Source of the DNA: Candidatus Omnitrophota bacterium
GTDB taxonomy: Bacteria > Omnitrophota > Gorgyraeia > 2-01-FULL-45-10
Direction: 5' to 3'
DNA length: 64,000 nt
Assembly: GCA_030695905.1 (NCBI GenBank)
Contig: JAUYOL010000007.1
Location: 6,604 to 70,603 of the forward strand
Shown piece after piece: positions 10,852 through 20,328 of this stretch. Each line of letters starts with the position of its first letter. Position 1 is the stretch's first letter. The notes below the pieces were generated by a model that worked only from the letters and a program-made list of their open reading frames with translations, had not been told where the DNA came from and did no database searches. Position numbers and translations under genes: made by a program.

Positions 10852-11112
10852 CTACTGCAAGAGTTTATTCCAGACCTCGATCTGTTTTTGCCAGTCGATT
10901 TCCTTGGTGATATTGCGGATTTTGCGCTCGGTTATTCGAAGGATTTTATCTGTATTGATTAACAGTATCTCTTCCTGTATTTTAGGGCAGAGAAGAAGCA
11001 GATTTATTATCTGTTTTAGTCGCGTATAAGTCATGCCAAGCCAGCCCGCTACTTGGCTTAAGTCTTTTGCCTTTCCCTCAGCAAGCGTCTCCTGTACTTG
11101 ATAAGCCAGCAC
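10852..11112 (-). CDS. small ParB/KorB-like HTH fragment protein
   Basis: LSQVAGWLGMTYTRLKQIINLLLLCPKIQEEIL resembles the ParB HTH (LG.S...V...LRLLKLP..VQE.L); only 86 aa. Confidence 0.35.
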   Translation of the reverse strand: MLAYQVQETLAEGKAKDLSQVAGWLGMTYTRLKQIINLLLLCPKIQEEILLINTDKILRITERKIRNITKEIDWQKQIEVWNKLLQ

Positions 11113-11355
11113 CAGGTATTGACGTAGTTTTGGTTCGGTAGAGATTTTAGAAAATTCTTGCCTATAATGACCAATAACTATATAATAGCGCTAGCAAATT
11201 TGACCTTTCGACAAAAGCTCAGGGTCAATCCTGAGCCTGTCGAAGGATTGAGATATAAGGTTATGGGGAGAGGTTATTCTCCCCACCATCCTGCTTCGCC
11301 CTTCGACTCGCAAACTGAGGTAGGGCTACGCAGAGATGATTACTATAATGATTAC

Positions 11356-11441
11356 GCCGAAGTGGTGGAATGGCATACACGATGGTCTCAAAAACCATTA
11401 AGCGTAAGCTTGTGTGGGTTCGACTCCCACCTTCGGCACCA
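11356..11441 (+). tRNA. tRNA-Leu (anticodon CAA), class II with long variable arm
   Basis: acceptor GCCGAAG/CTTCGGC + A + CCA; anticodon stem ATGGT/ACCAT, loop CT-CAA-AA; long variable arm; T-arm GTGGG-TTCGACT-CCCAC. Confidence 0.85.
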
Positions 11442-11464
11442 TTAACAGCTATAAGCTTAAAAAA

Positions 11465-12310
11465 ATGCGCCGTATTGGTATACATGTTTCAATAGCCGGA
11501 AGTATATGGGAGTCGCTGGATAGGACAAGAGCGCTCGGCTGTAACGCGATGCAGATATTCAGCCGCAACCCCAGAGGCTGGCAGGCGGCGGAATTCAAAT
11601 CATCCGATATAGAAAATTTCAGGCGGCTTAAGGCCAAGTATGATATTTCACCGGTTGCGGTCCATATACCATATATAATCAATCTGGCTTCGCCGGAAGA
11701 TAACCTGTATAAAAAATCTATAATAGCCTATATCGAGGATATAGCGCGCGCGGATGTCCTGGGAGCCGAATATTTTGTGACGCATCTCGGCAGCCATGTC
11801 GGCACAGGAGAAAAAGAAGGCATCGCGCGGTTTTCGAAAGCTCTCAACGATATAATAAATAAGGCCAAGCCCAAAGCTGTGATACTATTGGAAAATACCG
11901 CGGGTTCGGGTTCCTGCATAGGATATAGATTCGAGCATTTAAAGCGCATAATAGGTAGCGTCAAACGAAAAGACAGAGTAGGTGTTTGCCTTGACACTGC
12001 TCATACTTTTGAGGCAGGATACGATATAAAGACTGCCGGCGGTCTCGAGAAGACGCTTGAAGACTTTGACAGGCTCGTAGGCATAGATAATATAAAAGTA
12101 GTCCATTTTAATGACAGTCTTTCGCCCATAGGTTCTCATGTGGACAGGCATCAGCATATAGGTAAGGGCAAAATAGGTTTAGAGGCAATGAAGAGAATAA
12201 TCAATTACCCAAGATTAAAGAACGCGGCGTTTATTATGGAAACACCGAAAGAGTCCGATAGAGACGACAGAAGAAATATTGCGGTTGCAAAAAGATTAAT
12301 TAAGGGATAA
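11465..12310 (+). CDS. nfo: endonuclease IV (AP endonuclease, xylose-isomerase TIM barrel)
   Basis: IGIHVSIAGS start, HLGSH and metal-binding His/Asp/Glu pattern; ATG at 11465 chosen because the ORF-track start at 11414 overlaps tRNA-Leu. Confidence 0.88.
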   Translation: MRRIGIHVSIAGSIWESLDRTRALGCNAMQIFSRNPRGWQAAEFKSSDIENFRRLKAKYDISPVAVHIPYIINLASPEDNLYKKSIIAYIEDIARADVLGAEYFVTHLGSHVGTGEKEGIARFSKALNDIINKAKPKAVILLENTAGSGSCIGYRFEHLKRIIGSVKRKDRVGVCLDTAHTFEAGYDIKTAGGLEKTLEDFDRLVGIDNIKVVHFNDSLSPIGSHVDRHQHIGKGKIGLEAMKRIINYPRLKNAAFIMETPKESDRDDRRNIAVAKRLIKG

Positions 12311-12313
12311 TCA

Positions 12314-14824
12314 ATGACAAATTCAGAATTACAGGCCTCCAATCCCGAAACGGCGTATCCCTTCGATAAGATAGAGCCTAAGTGGCAGAAGTTTTGGCGT
12401 GACAAGGGATTGTTTAAGGTAGATACCGCTGATTATAAGAATAAATATTACTGCCTCATGATGTTTCCTTATCCGTCAGCGGCGCTTCATGTTGGCCACG
12501 GCAGAAACTATATTATAGGCGATGTTGTGGTCAGGTACAAGATGATGCAGGGATTGAATGTGCTGACCCCTATGGGATTCGACGCGTTTGGCCTGCCGGC
12601 TGAAAACGCGGCCATAAAAGGCGGGCTCCACCCGGAGACCTCCACATTAAATAATATAAGCACAATGAGAAGGCAGCTCAACCAATGGGGAGTAGAATAC
12701 GACTGGGACAGGGTCGTCATATCATGCCTTCCCGATTATTATAAATGGACGCAGTGGCTATTTACAAAACTCTACGAAAAAGGGCTTGCGTATAAGAAGA
12801 AAGCTTTTGTTAACTGGTGCCCTTCGTGTAAGACGGTTTTGGCTAATGAGCAGGTAGTGAACGGCGGATGCGAAAGGTGCGACACCCAGGTACTGCAGAA
12901 GGATCTTGAGCAGTGGTTTTTCAAAATTACCGCGTATGCCGAAAGGCTGCTTAAGGATCTCGATAAATTAGAGCACTGGCCCGAGCGCGTAAAGATGATG
13001 CAAAAGAACTGGATAGGAAGAAGCGAGGGCGTAAAGATAGATTTTAAGATAGACGGCTTGAATGAAATCTTAAAGTGTTTTACTACAAGGGTAGATACGA
13101 TATACGGAGCCACATTTATAGCGCTTGCGCCTGAACATCCTCTTGTCGAAAAATTGATCAAAGGCGCCGGGGGCGAGCAAGACGCTTATAAGCTTATACA
13201 AAAGATGCGGGATGAGAGCAAAATAGACCGCGCCGATGCCGAGGTGGAGAAAGAGGGCGTTTTTACCGGACGGTATGTGATAAATCCGGTAAATAACGAG
13301 AAGATCCCGATATGGGTGGCCAATTATATACTCATGGAATACGGTTCAGGCGCGATAATGGCCGTGCCCGCGCACGACCAGAGAGATTTTGAATTCGCGA
13401 AGATGTATAAATTGCCCATAAAAGTGGTTATAGATGATCCTAAAAATCCGCTCGATGCCGGAACGATGAAAGAGGCGCGTATAGGCGAAGGCGTAATGAT
13501 AAATTCCGGTCAGTTTAACGGTATTAAATCGGAGATAGCGATAGAGAATATAGCGGACTATTTTGAAGAGAATAAATTCGGCAAGCGTTCCATCCAGTAC
13601 AAGCTTAGAGACTGGCTTATTTCGCGTCAGCGTTTCTGGGGCGCTCCCATACCAATCATATATTGCGATAAATGCGGCACAATGTCAGTGGCAGAAAAGG
13701 ACCTGCCGGTCCTTTTGCCTAAAAATATTGAGTTTAAACCTACAGGCGAATCGCCATTAAAGTCCGGCAAAGATTTTGTGAATACCAAATGTCCAAAATG
13801 CGGCGGTCCCGCGACCAGAGAGACCGACACTATGGATACATTTGTCGATTCAAGCTGGTATTTCCTGCGCTACATAACACCGCACCTAAAAGATAAGCCC
13901 TTTGACACAGGATTGGTAAATAAATGGCTGCCTGTGGACCAGTATATAGGCGGTGTAGAGCATGCGATACTTCACTTGTTATATTCCAGGTTCATAACGA
14001 AATTTTTACATGATATAAAATGGATAGGATTCGATGAGCCGTTTAAGAATCTCTTTACCCAGGGTATGATAATAAAGGACGGGGCGAAGATGTCGAAGTC
14101 CAAGGGTAACGTCGTAAGCCCAGATAAACTGATCGCCTCTTACGGAGCTGATACCGTCAGGCTTTATACACTGTTTATAGGCCCGCCTGAAAAGGACGCG
14201 GAATGGTCCGATCGCGGCGTAGAGGGCGCGTACAGATTTTTAGGCAGGGTGTGGAGACTCGTTGAGCGGGTCAAAGCCCAGGGGTCAAGGGGCAAGGAAA
14301 AAAAGAGCGAAAATTTCATAAAAGAGGAAGAGGCGCTTAGGAGAAAGACGCACCTGACGATAAAGAAGGTGACCCAAGACTTTGACGGCGGGTTCCATTT
14401 TAATACAGCGATAAGCTCCATAATGGAGTTGGTCAACGAGACATACGATTATATAGGTAAAACCGGATCAGAAGGGCAGGGAAAAATATTAAATGAGGCG
14501 ATTGAGGCCATCATTATTCTACTTTCGCCTTTTGTGCCGCACATAGCCGAAGAGTTGTGGCATCTTATCGGTAAGGAGAATAGCATATTTAAGACAAAGT
14601 GGCCGGCATATGACAAGGCCGCGATAGTCGAGAATGTCGTGACCATGGTTGTCCAGGTGAACGGCAAGGTCAGGTCAAAGATAGACGTGCCGTTTAATAT
14701 TAAAGAAGAAGATCTCAAAATAAAGGTATTGACCGACCCTAAGATAAAAGAATTATCGGCCAATAAAACGCTAAAAAATTTTATCGTAGTTCCGAAAAAA
14801 CTGGTAAATGTAGTCCTGCAATAA
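12314..14824 (+). CDS. leuS: leucyl-tRNA synthetase
   Basis: HVGHGRNY (HIGH) and KMSKSKGN motifs; 836 aa. Confidence 0.97.
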   Translation: MTNSELQASNPETAYPFDKIEPKWQKFWRDKGLFKVDTADYKNKYYCLMMFPYPSAALHVGHGRNYIIGDVVVRYKMMQGLNVLTPMGFDAFGLPAENAAIKGGLHPETSTLNNISTMRRQLNQWGVEYDWDRVVISCLPDYYKWTQWLFTKLYEKGLAYKKKAFVNWCPSCKTVLANEQVVNGGCERCDTQVLQKDLEQWFFKITAYAERLLKDLDKLEHWPERVKMMQKNWIGRSEGVKIDFKIDGLNEILKCFTTRVDTIYGATFIALAPEHPLVEKLIKGAGGEQDAYKLIQKMRDESKIDRADAEVEKEGVFTGRYVINPVNNEKIPIWVANYILMEYGSGAIMAVPAHDQRDFEFAKMYKLPIKVVIDDPKNPLDAGTMKEARIGEGVMINSGQFNGIKSEIAIENIADYFEENKFGKRSIQYKLRDWLISRQRFWGAPIPIIYCDKCGTMSVAEKDLPVLLPKNIEFKPTGESPLKSGKDFVNTKCPKCGGPATRETDTMDTFVDSSWYFLRYITPHLKDKPFDTGLVNKWLPVDQYIGGVEHAILHLLYSRFITKFLHDIKWIGFDEPFKNLFTQGMIIKDGAKMSKSKGNVVSPDKLIASYGADTVRLYTLFIGPPEKDAEWSDRGVEGAYRFLGRVWRLVERVKAQGSRGKEKKSENFIKEEEALRRKTHLTIKKVTQDFDGGFHFNTAISSIMELVNETYDYIGKTGSEGQGKILNEAIEAIIILLSPFVPHIAEELWHLIGKENSIFKTKWPAYDKAAIVENVVTMVVQVNGKVRSKIDVPFNIKEEDLKIKVLTDPKIKELSANKTLKNFIVVPKKLVNVVLQ

Positions 14825-15172
14825 ATGTTTAATCTCTCAATCAGAGAAAGATTTATAATCCTGTTTTTGACAGCAACCCTCCTACTGGGCTTGTCAGTCA
14901 TATTTTATCGCAAAGCCAATTCCGTTGTAGATGTGAAGATAAAGGCTTTTGATTATGCCGGAGAGCTCACGGATATCAAAAAGATCAATATCAATGACGC
15001 GGGCCAATCTGCATTGATGAGCCTGCCCGGAGTAGGCAAATCGCTGGCGGATAATATAGTAGAATACAGATCCCTGGCCGGGAATTTCATATCCATAGAA
15101 GAGATAAAGAAGGTAAAAGGAATAAAAGACAGCCTGTTTGACAAGATAAAAGATTACATAACCGTCGAATGA
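14825..15172 (+). CDS. comEA: ComEA-like DNA-binding competence protein (TM anchor + helix-hairpin-helix)
   Basis: INDAGQSALMSLPGVGKSLADNIVEYR HhH motif. Confidence 0.8.
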   Translation: MFNLSIRERFIILFLTATLLLGLSVIFYRKANSVVDVKIKAFDYAGELTDIKKININDAGQSALMSLPGVGKSLADNIVEYRSLAGNFISIEEIKKVKGIKDSLFDKIKDYITVE

Positions 15173-17523
15173 AGCGGCCCATCCTATATTGCGCAATATC
15201 TTTTTGTATCGGCATAGCCTACGCGTATTTTTTCAGTATCCCTATAATCTATTTTGCGGCGGCGAGCATCTTTCTTATAATACTTGCCGCGGTTTTCTTT
15301 AAAAACAATATCCTCTCCCACATATTTTTGTATATCGCCTTAATACTTTTTGCGGCGGTATATTATCAAAATTATAATATCCTGCCGAATGACCATATCT
15401 ATAATTTCACTTCGGGTGAAAGCAAAAAAGCGCTGGTCAAAGGTATCGTAGCCGATGACCCGGTGAGCAAAAAAGCATTTTATGGTAAAGAGAAGACAAG
15501 CCTTACCTTAAAAACAGAACTTTTAGTAGAAGACGATAAGGCCTTTGTGGTTACCGGGCTTATCAAGGTTGATATATACGCAGATGAAAAGCTAAATAAT
15601 GTAAATTTTGGCGACCGGATAACCGTGTATGGAAAGCTGCGCAGGCCCGAAGGCTTAAAGAATCCGGGATTATTCGATTATTCAAACTATCTTAAGATAA
15701 GAAATGTGTATGCGCTGCTGACGGCCAACGGGCCTGGATCCATAAGCCTTATTAAAAACGCACAGCTCTCGCGCGTAAGGCTTGAAGCGTATTCTTTGAG
15801 GCACGGGATAAATGATTATATAGATAAATATGTAGATGGCCGCTACAGCGCCTTCATTAAGGCGATATTGACGGGCGTGCGCAGCGAACTCGATACCATG
15901 GTAATGGATGATTTTATAAAGACCGGGACCGTGCACGTAATAGCGATAAGCGGACTGAATATAGCGCTTATAGCGGGAATGTTCATATTTATTTTTAAGG
16001 CGCTCGGTATAAGAAAAAAATTCAATCTTATCCTTACCTCGGCGCTTATGATCTTCTATTGTTTTGTGGCGGGGGTAAGTCCGCCTGTCGTCAGGGCGAC
16101 TATAATGTTCTTTATAGTCTCTTTAGGATACCTTATCGACAGGGAGTCGGACATCCTTAATTCGTTATCGATAGCCGCATTTATAATTCTGCTTGCAAAC
16201 CCGAATGAACTCTTTGACCCGAGTTTTCAGCTGTCATTCGTGTCTATATTAGGAATAGTGCTTTTTTCGCCAAAGATGGAAGGCCTTTTTGGCCCCAGGC
16301 CAAATTACTTTACCAAGGGCGCGGCAATATCCATAGCCGCGATTATCGCCGTTTCGCCGATAGTAAGCAGATACTTTAATATCGTTTCGCCGGTAGCGAT
16401 AGTGGCGAACCTTGTTATAGTTCCGGCTCTATTTGTCATAACTATAGTGTCGTTTGTATTTCTCGCTTTGAATTTTCTCGGGTTGAACCTTTTATCCGTA
16501 TACGCGGGCCACGCGCTCTCTTTACTGACGCAGATAACTTTTTATATAAACCATATATTCGCGCAGATACCCTTGTCTCACATAAGAATACCATTCGCGT
16601 CATTTCCTTTTTTATTGCTGTATTATGCTTTTATATTTTCATTCTTTTTTCTGAAGAGGAAGATAGAGGTGTTGATATTGGCATTATTGGTTCTGAATTT
16701 TGCGGTTTGGGGAAATGTTTTCGCGGCACAAGGCGAGGAGCTCAAAATAACATATATCGATGTTGGCATGGGCGATAGTATATTGCTGGAGTTCCCCAAC
16801 AAAACCACTATGCTTATAGACGCGGGCTCCGGCGGCATAGAAGGCTTGTCGGATATGGGGAGGTCTATCGTGGCGCCTATATTGTGGAACAAAGGGATCG
16901 ACAGGCTTGACGCTGTAATATGCACACATTTTCATTCTGACCACACCGGCGGCGCATTGTACATACTGAAAAATTTTGATATAGGTTGCGTGATGGATAA
17001 TGGCATACCGCCCGACTCGAGGCAGCGCCTTTATGATAGTTATAGAAAAATTATTTTGCAGAGGAATTTGCGCCGTCTCGTTGTGGCTGGGCCGGAAGAG
17101 ATTACGGGTTTTGGGGATGTGAAGCTTTTTGTGATAAATCCTCCCGAAGGAAGCACGATGCCCGACGCCAATAATAATTCCGTAGTTATCAAGCTTGAGT
17201 ATAAAAATTTTTCAGCGCTATTTTGCGGCGACGCTTCCAGCGAGGCTATGCGGAATATGTTTAAATACGGAGGCCTTTTAAAATCGAATATATTGAAAAT
17301 TCCTCATCACGGCGGATCGACAGGGAAGGCAGTTACAACAAAAGCATTCCTCGATCTGGTATCTCCGGAAATTTCTATAGTAAGTTCAGGCGCGGATTTT
17401 CATATGAAAAACCCTCTTATGTATTCCAAATCACAAATATACGATACGAAAGATAATGGCGCGATAGAAATAATTACCGATGGCCTGAACTTCAAAGTTA
17501 AGCCATTTCGCCCGGAAAACTAA
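15169..17523 (+). CDS. comEC: DNA internalization competence protein ComEC/Rec2 with C-terminal metallo-beta-lactamase domain
   Basis: polytopic competence domain; HFHSDHTGG MBL motif. Confidence 0.9.
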   Translation: MKRPILYCAISFCIGIAYAYFFSIPIIYFAAASIFLIILAAVFFKNNILSHIFLYIALILFAAVYYQNYNILPNDHIYNFTSGESKKALVKGIVADDPVSKKAFYGKEKTSLTLKTELLVEDDKAFVVTGLIKVDIYADEKLNNVNFGDRITVYGKLRRPEGLKNPGLFDYSNYLKIRNVYALLTANGPGSISLIKNAQLSRVRLEAYSLRHGINDYIDKYVDGRYSAFIKAILTGVRSELDTMVMDDFIKTGTVHVIAISGLNIALIAGMFIFIFKALGIRKKFNLILTSALMIFYCFVAGVSPPVVRATIMFFIVSLGYLIDRESDILNSLSIAAFIILLANPNELFDPSFQLSFVSILGIVLFSPKMEGLFGPRPNYFTKGAAISIAAIIAVSPIVSRYFNIVSPVAIVANLVIVPALFVITIVSFVFLALNFLGLNLLSVYAGHALSLLTQITFYINHIFAQIPLSHIRIPFASFPFLLLYYAFIFSFFFLKRKIEVLILALLVLNFAVWGNVFAAQGEELKITYIDVGMGDSILLEFPNKTTMLIDAGSGGIEGLSDMGRSIVAPILWNKGIDRLDAVICTHFHSDHTGGALYILKNFDIGCVMDNGIPPDSRQRLYDSYRKIILQRNLRRLVVAGPEEITGFGDVKLFVINPPEGSTMPDANNNSVVIKLEYKNFSALFCGDASSEAMRNMFKYGGLLKSNILKIPHHGGSTGKAVTTKAFLDLVSPEISIVSSGADFHMKNPLMYSKSQIYDTKDNGAIEIITDGLNFKVKPFRPEN

Positions 17524-17540
17524 CTTTTTTATATTTTACC

Positions 17541-17569
17541 TTGACAAACAGAGGATCATGTGGTATATT
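17541..17569 (+). promoter_or_regulatory. sigma-70-type promoter with extended -10 (TTGACA-N17-TGgTATATT)
   Basis: consensus -35 TTGACA at 17541-17546, 17-nt spacer, TGg + TATATT at 17561-17569; about 76 nt upstream of the PilZ ORF. Confidence 0.6.
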
Positions 17570-17645
17570 TGTCGCAACGATAAATAGTAAATGTACGGAA
17601 CAACGCAATTATTCTTAAGTAAAACCAAGAAGGTGAAGGTAAGTT

Positions 17646-18011
17646 ATGGAGATGCAGCCAGGTAGTATTGTAGAAAGGCGTCGCACTCAGAGAATAGATT
17701 CGAATTTGCCGGTAAGGTATAAAAACCTAAGAACGACCACGTCTCCAATGGGTTCGCTGACTAAAGATATCAGCGAAGGAGGTATTCGTTTTAAAACCAC
17801 AGAGTTTATTTCACTCGCCTGCCGTCTTGTGGTAGAGATTACCATTCCGACGGTGCAGAGGCCGATAAAAGCCATATCAAAAGTGGCATGGATCAGGAAG
17901 GCTTCTTCGGGCAATCAGTATGAGCTCGGAAATCAATTCCTGGAAATATCAAAAGAGGACAAGGCTGCGATAACGGATTATGTTAGCCGCCTCTCCAGCG
18001 CTACCACCTAA
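17646..18011 (+). CDS. PilZ-domain (c-di-GMP-binding) protein
   Basis: RRRTQRIDSN ... DISEGGIRF (RxxxR / DxSxGG PilZ signature). Confidence 0.7.
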   Translation: MEMQPGSIVERRRTQRIDSNLPVRYKNLRTTTSPMGSLTKDISEGGIRFKTTEFISLACRLVVEITIPTVQRPIKAISKVAWIRKASSGNQYELGNQFLEISKEDKAAITDYVSRLSSATT

Positions 18012-18061
18012 AGTAATAAAACGACTTTCAAATCTTCTAAAACTATACTCCAAATTATTCT

Positions 18062-18090
18062 TTGACCTTCATTATACTACGTGGTATAAT
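18062..18090 (+). promoter_or_regulatory. sigma-70-type promoter with extended -10 (TTGACC-N17-TGgTATAAT)
   Basis: TTGACC 18062-18067, 17-nt spacer, TGG TATAAT 18082-18090; 14 nt before the bamD-like start. Confidence 0.6.
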
Positions 18091-18104
18091 TCGAATCCTA
18101 CCAT

Positions 18105-19757
18105 ATGAAAAAGAATAGTCTCTATATAATATCGTTGTCCCTGATATGTATTTTTGCGTTTGCCTCGGATGCCTATGCCCCATGGATATGGACTCCTGAG
18201 ACAAAGAAATTTACAAATCCTAAGAACGCGGTAAAAGACACTCCTAAAGAACAGTTCGACTGGGCCATGAGTTTCTATGACGCCAAGGACTATCAGCGCG
18301 CGTCATTCGAATTTGATAAATTAGCCAAGCAGTATGAATTTTCCGATTATGCCTCAAAATCCCAGTACTATGTGGGCCTTTGCAATGAGAATATGCAGAA
18401 GTATTACACAGCATTCGAAAGTTACCAGAAGGCCATAGACAATTTTCCACATCTATCCAATATCGATGAAGTGCTTGCCCGGCAATACGCGATAGGCCTT
18501 ATATATCTGGAGAAACCCAGCCCGAAAGTCATGGGCAATGATATCATGGCCCCCCTTGACAGGGCGGTGGAGATATTTAAAAAGGTGGTAGAGAACGCGC
18601 CATACGGGAAATACGCTCACGACGCGCAATTTAAGCTGGGAGAAGCGCTAAAAAAGAGCGAGAGGTATGACGAGGCCGTGCAGGCATATCATAAATTGGT
18701 CGAGGATTATCCAAATTCAGAGCATGCCACAAAGGCGATGTATGAGGAGTCGCATTGCGCTTACAAAGCGTCGCTAAGGCCAGCTTATGATGCCAGCGCT
18801 ACCGACAGCGCAATAAAGACTTTTGAGAAATTTGTGAATAAGAATAAAGACTCCGAGCTTGCCCAAAAAGCCGATAAAACCATGAAACGGCTTAAAGATA
18901 ATGTAGCCGAAAAATCGTTTGAGACGGCTCAATTTTATGAGTCCCAAGGCAAACCCGCCGCCGCGATAATATATTACCAGGATGTTATAGACACATATCC
19001 AGACAGTTCTTTTGTCGATAAGGCAAAAGCCAAGGTAGAAGCGCTGAAAAATCCTAAACCCAAGAAGGTTGCGGCTCCTCTTGAATTCAAAAAAAAACCG
19101 AGGCCGGTAAGCCAGGAGGCGCAGAAGAAGGCCCCCTGGAGGCCATTGAGTTTTCTGGGCGCAAAGAAGCAAGATCCTGCGCCATCGCCAGTGGAAACTC
19201 CTAAGCCAGTCGAAGTTCCTAAAGCCGAGCCTGTAAAAATTATTGCAGAGACACCGGCTCCAGTGCCGCAGTCGCAACCATCTGTGGTTGAACCCGCGCC
19301 GGAGGCTGTGTCGCAACCGCCGGTAGAAGCTCCAAAAGCTGAGGAAGCGCCGCAAGCATTAGTAGAAACTCCCAAGGCAGAGCCTGTTGCGCAAGTGGTC
19401 GAGACTCCAAAAACCGAAGAGGTGGTTGTTCCTGTTCGGGAGGCTCCAAAGAAAAAAGCCTGGAAGCCGTTCAGTTTTGACTCCAAGAAAAAAGATGTGG
19501 CTGTCCAGACCAAAGAGACCCCAAAGAAAGATTGGAAGCCGTTTAATTTTGATAAAAAGAAAGAAGCCGCAGCCAAAACTGAAGAGGCGGTTGCCCAATC
19601 CAAGGAAACACCAAAGAAAAAAGCCTGGAAGCCATTCAACTTTGACACCGAGAAAGAATCCGTTAAAGAAGTCCAGAAGAAGGAATGGATACCTCTGTAT
19701 TTTGGCACTAATGACGAGCCGATGGGGGTCAAGAGACCGGAAGCTCAAAAACTTTAA
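18105..19757 (+). CDS. bamD: BamD/YfiO-like outer-membrane assembly lipoprotein (TPR-like) with a ~250-aa Pro/Glu/Lys-rich C-terminal extension carrying WKPF(N/S)FD repeats
   Basis: signal peptide; BamD-type TPR-like region (aa 30-310); low-complexity tail with 5 copies of K-x-W-K/R-P-F/L-x-F-D/G. Confidence 0.7.
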   Translation: MKKNSLYIISLSLICIFAFASDAYAPWIWTPETKKFTNPKNAVKDTPKEQFDWAMSFYDAKDYQRASFEFDKLAKQYEFSDYASKSQYYVGLCNENMQKYYTAFESYQKAIDNFPHLSNIDEVLARQYAIGLIYLEKPSPKVMGNDIMAPLDRAVEIFKKVVENAPYGKYAHDAQFKLGEALKKSERYDEAVQAYHKLVEDYPNSEHATKAMYEESHCAYKASLRPAYDASATDSAIKTFEKFVNKNKDSELAQKADKTMKRLKDNVAEKSFETAQFYESQGKPAAAIIYYQDVIDTYPDSSFVDKAKAKVEALKNPKPKKVAAPLEFKKKPRPVSQEAQKKAPWRPLSFLGAKKQDPAPSPVETPKPVEVPKAEPVKIIAETPAPVPQSQPSVVEPAPEAVSQPPVEAPKAEEAPQALVETPKAEPVAQVVETPKTEEVVVPVREAPKKKAWKPFSFDSKKKDVAVQTKETPKKDWKPFNFDKKKEAAAKTEEAVAQSKETPKKKAWKPFNFDTEKESVKEVQKKEWIPLYFGTNDEPMGVKRPEAQKL

Positions 19758-19779
19758 TAAAGTATAAAAGGGGTCGAAA

Positions 19780-20328
19780 ATGGGAAAGATGCGTTTGCAA
19801 AAATTTGCTGTGATATTATTGGTCACGCTTTTTTTTATTTCCGGATGCGGTTATACGACAAAATCGCTCCTTCCTCCCAATCTTAAGACTATCTATGTGG
19901 ATAACCTTGTGAACAAGATAAATTTAACGGCGGAATCCAATGATGACAGGATGTACCTTAGTTACAGGCCGGGCATGGAGATAGAAACATCCAGAGTGAT
20001 ACGCGATAAATATCTGTCTGATGGTAACCTGAAAGTGATAGACTCCGAAGATGCCGATTTGACACTTAAGGGCGAGCTTGTGGATTTCAGGAACGAGGCA
20101 TTGCGATATGACAGGAATGATAATGTGCAGGAATACAGGATTAGGGTGGTTGTGAATATAGAAATGATTAATAAAGACGGCAAGGTTAGATGGAAAGAGA
20201 GCGGCTTCGCGGGTGAATCGCTTTATACTACTACCGGACCACTTGCGAAAAGCGAAAGAACCGCTGTATTAGAAGCCGAGGCTGATTTGGCCAGGCGTGT
20301 TGTGGAGAGAACGATTGAAGAATGGTAA
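19780..20328 (+). CDS. lptE: LPS-assembly lipoprotein LptE (RlpB)
   Basis: lipobox ISGCGY; LptE-like size and pattern; the lptE-holA order matches the proteobacterial leuS-lptE-holA arrangement. Confidence 0.6.
   Translation: MGKMRLQKFAVILLVTLFFISGCGYTTKSLLPPNLKTIYVDNLVNKINLTAESNDDRMYLSYRPGMEIETSRVIRDKYLSDGNLKVIDSEDADLTLKGELVDFRNEALRYDRNDNVQEYRIRVVVNIEMINKDGKVRWKESGFAGESLYTTTGPLAKSERTAVLEAEADLARRVVERTIEEW

Noticed and set aside
8984-11441. Intact prophage or integrative element with integrase
   Set aside because: No integrase/recombinase, capsid or replication genes. There are only regulatory remnants, so it is called a degraded islet.
11158-11445. 95-aa ORF spanning the hairpin leader and tRNA-Leu
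   Set aside because: It overlaps a confidently folded tRNA gene.
11190-12313. T-box leader upstream of leuS
   Set aside because: No T-box consensus (AATTAGGGTGGTACCGCG) or specifier-loop arrangement was found; tRNA-Leu and nfo lie between the hairpins and leuS.
18774-19826. Several long ORFs (193, 252, 155, 126 aa) on both strands over the 3' part of bamD
   Set aside because: Artefacts of the repetitive Pro/Lys/Glu-rich coding sequence; the sense BamD frame explains the region.
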